From assembly GCA_963817955.1 (NCBI GenBank), contig CAWFQK010000002.1:960001-1024000 (forward strand): 64,000 nucleotides of DNA, in the 5' to 3' direction. Source of the DNA: an uncultured Gemmatimonadaceae bacterium (GTDB lineage Bacteria; Gemmatimonadota; Gemmatimonadetes; Gemmatimonadales; Gemmatimonadaceae). The position numbers and the translations under genes were made by a program. Of the stretch, positions 38,541-47,624 are shown piece after piece. The number at the start of each line of letters is the position of its first letter. Positions within the stretch are counted from its first letter, which is position 1. A model generated the notes under the pieces. It made no database searches. It was not told the DNA's origin and saw nothing but the letters and a program-made list of their open reading frames with translations.

Positions 38541-39300
38541 ATGAAATACCACGAAGGCAGTATGCTCGAAGCGCTCCGCCGCATCGACACCTTTCTCGAT
38601 GCCCAACCCACGGCGTTCGCCCCGCTCCTGGGTTCTGCCGCTCGGCAGGAGCTCACCGACACCATCACCCAACTCAGCGCGTCCGCCACTGCTCAGGAGG
38701 TCGGTGGCCGCGCGAGCCGAGGAGGGACGTCGAAGCTGCGCGCGCTGCGCCTTGCGCTACGGATCCACCATATGGATCCCATCGCGGCGATCGCGAAGCT
38801 TCGGTTGCCGGCTGTTCCCGATTTTAGCTCCCTCACCACGCCGCGCTCGACCGTGCCGACGGAGCGACTGCTCGCTGCGGCGGCCGCAATGGGCGAGGCC
38901 GCGGCTCGGCACGTGGCGGTGTTCACGGCTAACGGGCTTCCGGCGGATTTCCTCGCGCGGTTGCAGGCGTCCGCGCAGGCGCTGCAGGACGCCATTGATG
39001 GGCGATCAGGGCAAACCGTGGTCCGAAGCGGGGCGACGGCCATCCCTGGCGGCTGAGGAGCGGCGTGGTCGCACCATCATCACGGTGCTCAACGGCTTGC
39101 TGCTGCCGTTGATCGGCGCCGATGCCGGCCTGCAGGCGGCATGGACCACGGCGAAGCGCGTCGCGCGCAAGCCGGGCGTCAAGATCGGCGCTCGCGCGAG
39201 CGCGGCACAAGCGGACGCCACCACGCAGGGCAGTACGGCGGCGCCAGCAACGCCGCCGGCAGCATCCACACCTCCGGCATCGCAGTTGCCGGCGGTGTAA
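38541..39300 (+). pseudogene. Array-associated helical hypothetical protein (about 252 aa if repaired), one frameshift near 39040
   Basis: RBS GGAGG before ATG 38541; the first frame stops at 39056, while similarity to the 59130-59590 paralog continues in the +1 frame to TAA 39300. Confidence 0.75.
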
Positions 39301-39333
39301 CACGCCGCACCAGTAGGTCACACCCCGCAGTAC

Positions 39334-39367
39334 ACGCGAACGGCCGCCCTCGGGCGGCCGTTCGCGT
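39334..39367 (+). terminator. Strong hairpin, probable terminator of the array-associated gene
   Basis: ACGCGAACGGCCGCCC-TC-GGGCGGCCGTTCGCGT, 16-bp perfect inverted repeat; weak U-tract. Confidence 0.7.
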
Positions 39368-39457
39368 TCCTCCCCTCTCAAATACTGCTTTGTCCGACGT
39401 TCAGCGCTGGCGGCGGTAACGGCGCGAACGACTGCGATTGGGTTCGGCGCGCTTGGG

Positions 39458-39713
39458 GCAGGATCAAGCGATCGGGACGACGGGTGACTGTCTTCAGTGA
39501 TCAGTGCGTGAGTCATCAGTCATCAGTCGCGCGGCAAGGCGACGGGTTCTCGCTCGGGCTGGCCTCCGTGGCCGCGCGTTTTATTTGGTGGTGGGTGGTT
39601 GCGGGTCGCTTCGCCCGGTCGAGGGCTGTCGGGGTCCTCAGTCACTGACGACTGATCACCTACGCACTGATGACTGACCACTGTCACCCGCCGTCCCGAT
39701 CGCTTGATCCTGC
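39458..39713. repeat. MITE-like segment with ~70-bp imperfect inverted arms
   Basis: GCAGGATCAAGCGATCGGGACG(A/G)CGGGTGAC... at 39458 and its inverse ending at 39713; inner arm ends are CAGTCAT-type heptamers. Confidence 0.8.
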
Positions 39714-39751
39714 CTGGCCACGACAAGCCATCTCGTCGGCTCGCCCATCGC

Positions 39752-39950
39752 AGAGATCCTTCGCTTCGCTCAGGATGACCGGCTTCGCTCAGGATGCCAG
39801 GCTGTGCTCAGGATGCCAGGCTGTGCTCAGGATAACAGGCAACGCACAACTCACAACTGGCAACTCGCACCTCGCCGACCGGCGGGCCGACCGCTACGGA
39901 GCAGCCAGCGGCATCCAGTCCGTCAACACCCGGAGCCCAATCCACGCTGC
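39752..39950 (+). repeat. REP-like half-site, four 19-bp GCTCAGGAT units, then a full copy of the dispersed element
   Basis: AGAGATCCTTCGCTTCGCTCAGGATGAC; GCTCAGGAT at 39768, 39787, 39806 and 39825; element at 39841-39950. Confidence 0.85.
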
Positions 39951-40013
39951 AGCGGCCGGCGGGAGCCGCTGGCGAGCCAGGGACCCCGATGCGAACGACT
40001 CCGGTGCGAAAGA

Positions 40014-41243
40014 CTAGACCACCTCCGCCAGCTCGGTCCGCCGAATGAACACCCAATAGGAGTAGATCAGCATGATCGCGGCACCGCCGCCGATCGCCCA
40101 TGACACTCCAATCACGTGCGCCACGCTGCCGGCGACGAACGAGCCGAGCACCGACGACAGGCCCACGACGACGAACGAATAGGCGGCCATCATGCGGCCG
40201 CGCAGCTCGTTGGGCGCGAGGTGCTGCAACGTCGAGTTGGACGACGCGTTGTTGACGATCATCGTAAAGCCCACCGCGAGCAATACGGGATATGCGATCG
40301 CGGCCGTGCGGACGAGCGAGAACAGGATCAGCAGCGCGGCAAATGCCAACGACCCGATGCGAAGCACCTGCCCGCGCGGCAGTCGATCGCCGATTGCCGC
40401 GAGGCATAGCGCACCGGCCAGGCCGCCGATTCCGACGCACGCCAGGAGCGCGCCATACCCGCCAGCGTTCAACCCAAGCCGGTCGCGAGCCACGACGGGC
40501 ATGAGCGTGAGGTAGGGAACGCCGAGTACGGAATACACGGTGACGAGGCGCAGCAGCGCGGCAACGGCCGGTGTGTCGCGCATGAACCGCATGCCTTCGC
40601 GAATGCCCTCGAGGGGCGACGCGAGATGCGTCGGCGGGAACCAGGCCGGCAACCGGACGAGAAACAGCCCAGCGAGAACCGTGATGTAGCTCGCGGCGTT
40701 CACACCGAAGCACCACGGCATCCCGAGTTTGGCGATGATGATCGCGCCGACGCTGGGTCCGACGACCCGCGCCAGATTGAACCCACTGGAGTTCACCGCG
40801 ATTGCGCCCGGCAGGTCTTCGCGACCGACGAGCTCGACGACGAGGGATTGTCGAGCCGGGATCTCGAACGCGCTGATCATCCCGTTGGCGGTCGCCAACA
40901 CGAGCAGCCAACCGATCGTGACGTGTCCCGACCAGGTCACCCACCAGAGCGTCGCCGCCTGAATGCCAAGCAGCATCTGCGCTATGCGGACGATCCGAAG
41001 CTTGTCGCTCCGATCCACCAGCACGCCCGCCGGCAGCGAGAACAGCAGAATGGGCAATGACTGCGCTGCCGCGACGAGACCGACGACGAAGGCGCTATTC
41101 GATATCTGTAACGCCAGCCACCCCTCGGCCATCGTCTGCATCCACGTGCCGATGAGCGACAGCGTCTGTCCGAACCAGAAGAGACGAAAATTCCGATGGC
41201 GGACGAGTGTGTCGAAGGGGTTGAGCGTGGGCACGCTGGACAA
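40014..41243 (-). CDS. MFS transporter (DHA3-like)
   Basis: RHRNFRLFWFGQTLSLIGTWMQ, GVLVDRSDK, about 12 TM helices. Confidence 0.92.
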   Translation of the reverse strand: MSSVPTLNPFDTLVRHRNFRLFWFGQTLSLIGTWMQTMAEGWLALQISNSAFVVGLVAAAQSLPILLFSLPAGVLVDRSDKLRIVRIAQMLLGIQAATLWWVTWSGHVTIGWLLVLATANGMISAFEIPARQSLVVELVGREDLPGAIAVNSSGFNLARVVGPSVGAIIIAKLGMPWCFGVNAASYITVLAGLFLVRLPAWFPPTHLASPLEGIREGMRFMRDTPAVAALLRLVTVYSVLGVPYLTLMPVVARDRLGLNAGGYGALLACVGIGGLAGALCLAAIGDRLPRGQVLRIGSLAFAALLILFSLVRTAAIAYPVLLAVGFTMIVNNASSNSTLQHLAPNELRGRMMAAYSFVVVGLSSVLGSFVAGSVAHVIGVSWAIGGGAAIMLIYSYWVFIRRTELAEVV

Positions 41244-41311
41244 TGTAAGATGGCCTGGCGCGGCATGGCCCCATCCATGCCCCCGGCATATAGTTCCGAG
41301 AGGAGGTCCCC

Positions 41312-42592
41312 ATGCGCTACCACACCTATGGCAAGTACAACGCCGAGCTCGCCGACGCCATCGACTTGCAGTCGTTGCTCGACAAGCTAGCCGACTTCCT
41401 CCTGCAGTCCGGCTTCGCCGGCGGCGAGAATCAGTCCAACTACGGGTGGGATCCGGCAGATGAGCGCAACCGATCGCTCGATTCGCTCAAACAGGCGATT
41501 CTCGACGCGCTCACGGAGGGCGGCCAGTTCACCCCGGAAATGCTCGAAGCACTCCGCGGCGGCGACGACGAGGAAGGACAGTCCAAGCTGGCTCAGCTTC
41601 TCGATCAGCTCGTCCAGCGTTTGATCGAGGAAGGATACCTCAACGTCGAGGCACCGCCCCAGATGCCCGCCGGACATCAGCCTGTCACCGGGCCCGGCAG
41701 TCTCTCCAAGGCCGCGGCGCGCGACGTCCAGTTCAATCTCACCGAAAAGGGCATCGACTTTCTCGGCTACAAGACACTGCGCAATCTCCTTGGCTCGCTC
41801 GGCAAGTCGAGCTTCGGGAGTCACGACACCGCGTATCTTGCCACTGGTATCGAGTCAGATGGGTGGAGCAAGCCGTACGAGTTCGGCGACGTGCTGAACA
41901 TCGACGTCAACGAAACGTTGAAGAATTCACTTGCCCGCACCGGCAAGCTCGACGTGCCCATGGATCTCGATTACTGCGATCTGATGGTGCGACAGGCCGA
42001 GTACCGGTCGTCGTGCGCCACGGTCCTGATGCTCGACTGCTCCCATTCAATGATCCTGTACGGTGAGGATCGCTTCACACCGGCGAAAAAAGTCGCGCTG
42101 GCACTGACGCACCTCATTCGCACACAGTTCCCGGGCGACACACTCAAAGTCGTGTTGTTTCACGACTCGGCTGAGGAGATTCCGCTCGCCACGCTGGCGA
42201 CCGCGCAGGTGGGGCCGTACCACACCAATACCGCCGAAGGGTTGAAGCTCGCGCGTCGGTTGTTGCTGGGGCAGAAGAAAGACATGCGCCAGATCATCAT
42301 GATCACAGACGGCAAGCCGAGCGCGCTGACCATGCCGAACGGACAGATCTACAAGAATTCGTTCGGCCTCGATGCCACGGTGATTGCCCAGACGATACAC
42401 GAAGTCGCAAGCTGCCGGCGTGCGGGCATCATGATCAACACGTTCATGCTGGCGCGCGACCGCACGCTCGTGGAATTCGTCAAACGCGTGTCCGAGATCA
42501 GCCGAGGCAAGGCGTATTTCACGTCGACCATGACGCTGGGACAGTTCATACTCATGGACTTCCTCAAGCGGAAGACACGAAAGGTCAGTTAG
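41312..42592 (+). CDS. VWA domain-containing protein (chelatase-like AAA partner)
   Basis: [33 protein letters not shown]. Confidence 0.88.
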   Translation: MRYHTYGKYNAELADAIDLQSLLDKLADFLLQSGFAGGENQSNYGWDPADERNRSLDSLKQAILDALTEGGQFTPEMLEALRGGDDEEGQSKLAQLLDQLVQRLIEEGYLNVEAPPQMPAGHQPVTGPGSLSKAAARDVQFNLTEKGIDFLGYKTLRNLLGSLGKSSFGSHDTAYLATGIESDGWSKPYEFGDVLNIDVNETLKNSLARTGKLDVPMDLDYCDLMVRQAEYRSSCATVLMLDCSHSMILYGEDRFTPAKKVALALTHLIRTQFPGDTLKVVLFHDSAEEIPLATLATAQVGPYHTNTAEGLKLARRLLLGQKKDMRQIIMITDGKPSALTMPNGQIYKNSFGLDATVIAQTIHEVASCRRAGIMINTFMLARDRTLVEFVKRVSEISRGKAYFTSTMTLGQFILMDFLKRKTRKVS

Positions 42593-42605
42593 CCACTCTG
42601 ATCGT

Positions 42606-43607
42606 TCAGATCTCGCCGAGCAAGACGCGGCGCAGCGTCGCAACATCGATGTTGCCGCCACAGAAGATGACGCCGACGCGTTTGCCGGCGAGCCGGTCGC
42701 GCAGTTTCTGCACACCGGCAAATCCCATGGCGCCGGCGCCTTCCACGAGGTTGTGCGTAATCGACAGAACGGTGCGCAGACCCTCCGCGATTTCCGCATC
42801 GGTTACCGTGACGAATCCGGCCAGCCCCGCCCGCAACGCCGGGAACGTGAGATCATAGGTGGAACGCGTCGCCACGCCCTCGGCAAAGGTGTCGACACGG
42901 GTGGTCGTGATGCGCTCACCGCGATGCCAGGAGTCGTGAATCGCCGCGGCGCCGGCGGCTTGCACGCCGTACACCTCGACCCGCGGCGCAAAGGCACGCG
43001 CCACTGTCATGGCGCCGACGGCCTGTGATCCTCCGCCAATGGCGATCACTAGTGCATCGATCGACGGATCCTGCTCGAGTATCTCGAGCGTCATGGTGCC
43101 GGCACCAGCGATGATGCGCGGGTCGTTGGTGGAGTGCGCCACAACGCGTCCGTGCTCGACGGCAAGTGCCTGCATCACGCCAACCGCTTCATCGTAGTCG
43201 CGTCCCTGCTCGACGACCGTCGCGCCAAGGGCGCGCATTGCGGCGTTCTTGTCCGGGTTGTTGCCCGCCGGAACGCAGATGGTTGTGGCGACATCCAGCA
43301 GGCGCCCGCCGAATGCAATGCCCTGACCATGATTGCCGGTCGACGCAGCAACAACGCCGCGTACCCGCTCGTGAGCGGTGAGCGCGGTCATGAAAGACAG
43401 CCCGTTCCGGATCTTGAAAGAATTTGTCGGCTGGTGATTCTCGTGTTTAGCGAGAATACAAATGCCGGCGCCGGCAACAGCGCTCAGTTGCGGGTATGCG
43501 CGGAACGGTGTGGGCGTGAGATATGGCGCGAGCCGTTCGCGCGCAGCAAGAACGTCATCGATCGTGATCGGCCAATCCGCGACCGGTTGGGTTGGAATCG
43601 CTGGCAT
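42606..43607 (-). CDS. PLP-dependent threonine/serine dehydratase family protein
   Basis: NSFKIRNG PLP lysine, ASTGNHGQG, AIGGGS, CGGNID. Confidence 0.9.
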   Translation of the reverse strand: MPAIPTQPVADWPITIDDVLAARERLAPYLTPTPFRAYPQLSAVAGAGICILAKHENHQPTNSFKIRNGLSFMTALTAHERVRGVVAASTGNHGQGIAFGGRLLDVATTICVPAGNNPDKNAAMRALGATVVEQGRDYDEAVGVMQALAVEHGRVVAHSTNDPRIIAGAGTMTLEILEQDPSIDALVIAIGGGSQAVGAMTVARAFAPRVEVYGVQAAGAAAIHDSWHRGERITTTRVDTFAEGVATRSTYDLTFPALRAGLAGFVTVTDAEIAEGLRTVLSITHNLVEGAGAMGFAGVQKLRDRLAGKRVGVIFCGGNIDVATLRRVLLGEI

Positions 43608-43611
43608 GGGT

Positions 43612-44646
43612 CTAGTATAGAGGAGGCGCCGTGGAAATGAGCACGGCGGTGAGGGCCACGACGAGCGCGCCGACGAGAAGCTCCGCGGTTACGGCACGCT
43701 GAAAACGTGGCTTCGTTTGCGCACCCCAGTCGGTAACCACGACTGAGCGCGCGTGGAACCCTCCAAAGCCGAGCATGACCAGCACGCCCGCCAGCTTCAG
43801 CAACAGTATCCGACCGTATCCGGTCAACCAGAGGTCGCTCAACGCCGGTAGCCTCAGCCACATCGCGATGGCACCGGAGACGAAAACCAACGCCACGCAT
43901 TCCAGTGCCGCGGAGTGAAAGGCGCGTACGAGCCGCGCCCCGGCAGCAGCGCGCTCGGCGACCTCCAGCGGGCGAAGCGCCGGCAGTCCGCAGAGCAGAA
44001 CGGCCACGAGACCGCCCAGCCAACCACCCGCGCCCAGGATGTGCCCGACGTCGTCGGCCACGGCGAGCGAGAAATGCCGGGACATGACCCCCGCATGGCC
44101 AGTGAGCGTTTCGCCAAGACAGACGCCCACTACACCGATCCCGGCAGCGAACCAGCCGACGCGCCCGCGACGCGCGGCGAACAATCCGACGGCTGCAATC
44201 CCCGCCCCGGCAATTCCGACGAGCCATCCATGTCCCCACGACGTGTCATGCACGACCGTTACGACGGCAGTCGTACGTTGCACTACCGCATTCACGGCAG
44301 GTGTCGTCCGCGCCATGAGGCGCAGGACCGACGTTATGAGGAAGAGCACGATTGCGGCCTGCCCCATTCGCCTCGCGCGCTCGGTGCTGTCCTCGGCGAT
44401 CTCGGCTGTCCACTTCGCCTCGGCGAGCACGAATAGTCTGTACATCACGACACCGACCAGCGTGAGCACAGCCATCCACTCGGCCCACCGCCCCGCTGTG
44501 CTCACACCCACCACAGCGAACGGCTGCACCACGGAATTCGGTAGAGATGCTTGTGCGCCTGCCTCCGGAGCCGGGGTAGCCATCACCGCCAGGGCCGCGA
44601 AAACGACACGCACAACTCGAGTAAGAATAGGAGTAGGCACGGACAT
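43612..44646 (-). CDS. CopD-family copper resistance membrane protein
   Basis: LTGHAG, GHILGAGGWLGGL, TGYGRILLLKL; the predicted upstream extension runs into a repeat, so the start is uncertain. Confidence 0.8.
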   Translation of the reverse strand: MSVPTPILTRVVRVVFAALAVMATPAPEAGAQASLPNSVVQPFAVVGVSTAGRWAEWMAVLTLVGVVMYRLFVLAEAKWTAEIAEDSTERARRMGQAAIVLFLITSVLRLMARTTPAVNAVVQRTTAVVTVVHDTSWGHGWLVGIAGAGIAAVGLFAARRGRVGWFAAGIGVVGVCLGETLTGHAGVMSRHFSLAVADDVGHILGAGGWLGGLVAVLLCGLPALRPLEVAERAAAGARLVRAFHSAALECVALVFVSGAIAMWLRLPALSDLWLTGYGRILLLKLAGVLVMLGFGGFHARSVVVTDWGAQTKPRFQRAVTAELLVGALVVALTAVLISTAPPLY

Positions 44647-44696
44647 AGATTGGTCGGTACGGGGCCACCACGCAAACCGGCCGGCCCGCCGGTCAC

Positions 44697-44788
44697 AGAG
44701 ATCCTTCGCTTTGCTCAGGATGACAGGCATCTCTCGTCCCGTGTCCCGTGTCCCGTGTCCCGTGTCCCGTGTCCCGTGTCCCGTGTCT
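44697..44788. repeat. REP-like half-site plus (GTCCCGT)7 microsatellite
   Basis: AGAGATCCTTCGCTTTGCTCAGGATGACAGGC; seven perfect heptamers at 44736-44784. Confidence 0.92.
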
Positions 44789-44802
44789 CAAGCCCGTCCC
44801 CC

Positions 44803-45489
44803 ATGCCCCCTCAGATCGACCCGACTATCCGATCTGACTTCGGACGGCGGCTCAGGGCCTGGTACCGCCGCAACGGACGCGATCTCCCCTGGCGTCGAAC
44901 GCGCGATGCATACGAAGTCCTCGTCTCTGAGCTCATGCTGCAGCAGACGCAGGTTTCGCGCGTCGTGTCGTACTATGGCGAGTTTCTCGAGCGTTTCCCG
45001 ACGTTGGCAGATGTAGCGCGCGCTCGACCGGCAGCCGTCATGGAAGCCTGGGAGGGCCTGGGCTACTACGCGCGGGCGCGGAATCTTCATCGCCTGGCGC
45101 GCGAGGTCACCGACGACGGCCGGAAACCGAACGGCACGCTTCCGGCCGAGCCAATGGCCCTGCGGGCGTTGCCAGGCATCGGAGCATACACGGCGGGAGC
45201 GGTAGCGTCGTTCGCATATGAGCGTCGGGCGGCGCTCGTCGACACGAACGTCGCACGGGTGCTCAGGCGCGTGTTCGCGCCGTCAGCCAAGGTGGCGACG
45301 ACGAAAGGTCGCCGCGTTCTATGGGAGATCGCCGAATCCATCCTCCCGCGGACGGGCCGAGCGACGTGGACGCACAACCAGGCGCTCATGGAGCTGGGCG
45401 CTCTGGTTTGCACGGCGAGGGTGGCGCATTGCGGCCGGTGTCCAGTCCGGTCGGTGTGCCGTTCGGCACCGAAACTCTCGAAGGTCTAA
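44803..45489 (+). CDS. mutY: A/G-specific adenine DNA glycosylase (catalytic domain only)
   Basis: RDLPWR, VSELMLQQTQV, WEGLGYYARARNL, HhH LPGIGAYTA, DTNVARV, 4Fe-4S C-X6-C-X2-C-X5-C. Confidence 0.9.
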   Translation: MPPQIDPTIRSDFGRRLRAWYRRNGRDLPWRRTRDAYEVLVSELMLQQTQVSRVVSYYGEFLERFPTLADVARARPAAVMEAWEGLGYYARARNLHRLAREVTDDGRKPNGTLPAEPMALRALPGIGAYTAGAVASFAYERRAALVDTNVARVLRRVFAPSAKVATTKGRRVLWEIAESILPRTGRATWTHNQALMELGALVCTARVAHCGRCPVRSVCRSAPKLSKV

Positions 45490-45552
45490 AACTCGTAGGT
45501 TTGTTCTGGAGTGCATGGCTAGAGCCACCGAGTGCAATAGAGGGGAGAGATT

Positions 45553-45873
45553 ATGGTGGATCCGAGGTCGGTTCAAGCGATGGAAGAGATGATGGTCTTC
45601 TTCGGCTGCATGGGGGGCCTGACCTCGCTCACAGTGCTCGGCGCCATGTGGATACGGCGCCGCGACCGTGCCGGTGTCGGCACCTCGGCGGTCGTTCAGC
45701 GCCTGGACGAAGTCGTAGAACGGTTGGCTCGACTGGAGAACTCGGTGGATTCCAGCGCGCTGGAGATAGAGCGGATTTCGGAGGGACAGCGCTTTACCAC
45801 CAAGCTGCTGGCCGAGCGATCCGAGGCTGGGCCATTGGACCGTCCGAAGGCTGGAGGAATCGCGCCGCGGTAG
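45553..45873 (+). CDS. Hypothetical protein with one TM helix and a coiled coil
   Basis: RBS AGGGGAG; RLARLENSVDSSALEIERISEGQRFTTKLL. Confidence 0.72.
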   Translation: MVDPRSVQAMEEMMVFFGCMGGLTSLTVLGAMWIRRRDRAGVGTSAVVQRLDEVVERLARLENSVDSSALEIERISEGQRFTTKLLAERSEAGPLDRPKAGGIAPR

Positions 45874-46120
45874 ACTTGGAGCGCGGCCGTTTTTCGTAGG
45901 GGGATCTTGCGCCGAAAAGCCAGTATTCGCCGTACGCAGGCGCCTGGGTTTGCAGAATGTCGCGGGAGACCCTATCGGGCTAGATTCCCCGCACGCTCCC
46001 GACCGGGCGATGTTGCGCCTTTCTATATCCACGGGCGCGACTCATCTACTCGCATACCGCGACGTCGGGAGGTGCAGGCCAATGGCGACCATCGTTACGC
46101 AGGTCTACGGAGACAGCAGC

Positions 46121-47515
46121 ATGAGCAAGACCCAACCTGAGCAGACGTCCACAGCGCCGTCAGGCGATCTTACGAACACTGGCACGCTCGAGATTACCGA
46201 TTCTCGTACGAAGAAAGCCTACTCCATCCAGATCGTGCAGGGCGGCGTCGAAGGCGACACCGTAACGCGCGCCATGGACCTTCGGCAGATCAAGACGTCG
46301 CCAAACGAATTTGGCTTGATGACGTACGACCCCGCCTTCATGAACACCGCCTCGTGCAAGAGCGCGATCACGTTCATCGACGGCGACAAGGGCATTCTGC
46401 GCTATCGCGGATATCCGATCGAGCAACTCGCGGAGAAGTCCACGTTTCTCGAAGTCGCGTGGCTCCTGCGTAATGGCGAGCTGCCGACGCAGCCCGAATA
46501 CAACTCGTGGGTGAACGACATCACGTACCACACGTACGTGCACGAGAACATCAAGAGCTTTCTGCAGGGATTCCGGTACGATGCGCATCCGATGTCGATG
46601 CTCTGCTCCGCCGTCGCGGCGCTGTCATCGTTCTACCCGGAAGCAAAGAACATCCAGGATCCCGATCAGCGAAACATCTCGATCATTCGTCTCCTGGCCA
46701 AAATGCCGACCCTCGCGGCGTTCTGTTACCGCCACATCAAGGGTCTGCCGTTCATCTACCCCGACAACAGCCTGAGCTACACCGAGAACTTCCTCTCGAT
46801 GGTGGCGCGGATGTCGGAGTCGAAGTACGAGGGCAACCCGGTATTCGTGAAGGCGTTGGAGATCCTGTTCATCCTGCACGCCGACCACGAACAGAACTGC
46901 TCGACGAACGCAGTGCGCGCCGTCGGATCGTCGCATGTCGATCCGTTCTCGGCCGTGGCTGCCGGCGTGGCAGCGCTGTACGGTCCGTTGCACGGCGGTG
47001 CGAACGAGCAGGTGCTCCGCATGATCAGCGAGATCGGACACCCGAAGAACGTTCCCGCCTTCATCGACGAAGTGAAGGGTGGAAAGGGCAGCCGGCTCAT
47101 GGGCTTCGGCCACCGCGTGTACAAGAGCTACGACCCTCGCGCCAAGATCGTGAAGAAGCTCGCCGACGAAGTCTTCAAGGTAGTCGGCTTGGATAAGGAT
47201 CTCGAGATCGCGCTCGAGCTGGAGCGGATCGCGCTGTCCGACGACTACTTCGTGTCGCGCAAGCTCTATCCGAACGTGGACTTCTATACGGGCCTCATCT
47301 ACCGGTCCATGGCCTTCCCGACCGACTTCTTCACCGTGCTGTTCGCGGTGGCGCGCACGTCGGGCTGGCTCGCGCAATGGGAAGAGCTGCTCAACGACAA
47401 GGAGCAGAAGATCGCTCGTCCGCGGCAGATCTACGTCGGGTATGGCGAGCGCCCGTACGAAACCAAGCTCAACGAGCGTTTTCCGCGGGCAAACAAGGAC
47501 GCGATCCGGAAATAG
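46121..47515 (+). CDS. gltA: Citrate synthase
   Basis: IDGDKGILRYRGY, ILHADHEQNCST, GPLHGGANE, MGFGHRVYK, YPNVDFY; RBS GGAGA. Confidence 0.97.
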   Translation: MSKTQPEQTSTAPSGDLTNTGTLEITDSRTKKAYSIQIVQGGVEGDTVTRAMDLRQIKTSPNEFGLMTYDPAFMNTASCKSAITFIDGDKGILRYRGYPIEQLAEKSTFLEVAWLLRNGELPTQPEYNSWVNDITYHTYVHENIKSFLQGFRYDAHPMSMLCSAVAALSSFYPEAKNIQDPDQRNISIIRLLAKMPTLAAFCYRHIKGLPFIYPDNSLSYTENFLSMVARMSESKYEGNPVFVKALEILFILHADHEQNCSTNAVRAVGSSHVDPFSAVAAGVAALYGPLHGGANEQVLRMISEIGHPKNVPAFIDEVKGGKGSRLMGFGHRVYKSYDPRAKIVKKLADEVFKVVGLDKDLEIALELERIALSDDYFVSRKLYPNVDFYTGLIYRSMAFPTDFFTVLFAVARTSGWLAQWEELLNDKEQKIARPRQIYVGYGERPYETKLNERFPRANKDAIRK

Positions 47516-47556
47516 TCACGGGACACGCAGAACGGAACACGGGACGCGGGAAGAGT

Positions 47557-47593
47557 GAAAACCGGGGCGACCGCGTCGCCCCGGTTTTCGTTT
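47557..47593 (+). terminator. Intrinsic terminator after gltA, preceded by heptamers at 47520-47547
   Basis: GAAAACCGGGGCGAC-CGC-GTCGCCCCGGTTTTC then GTTT. Confidence 0.85.
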
Positions 47594-47624
47594 GCTGTAT
47601 GCGTACGCGATATTGATCCCTGTG

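Noticed and set aside
37401..39300. Diversity-generating retroelement template/variable repeat
   Set aside because: No reverse transcriptase is present, no TR/VR pair is seen, and adenines are the conserved rather than the variable positions.
44647..44802. Extended N-termini for the copD-like gene (44730) and mutY (44551)
   Set aside because: They translate the REP-like site (MPVILSKAKDL) and the heptamer tract (VPCPVSR).
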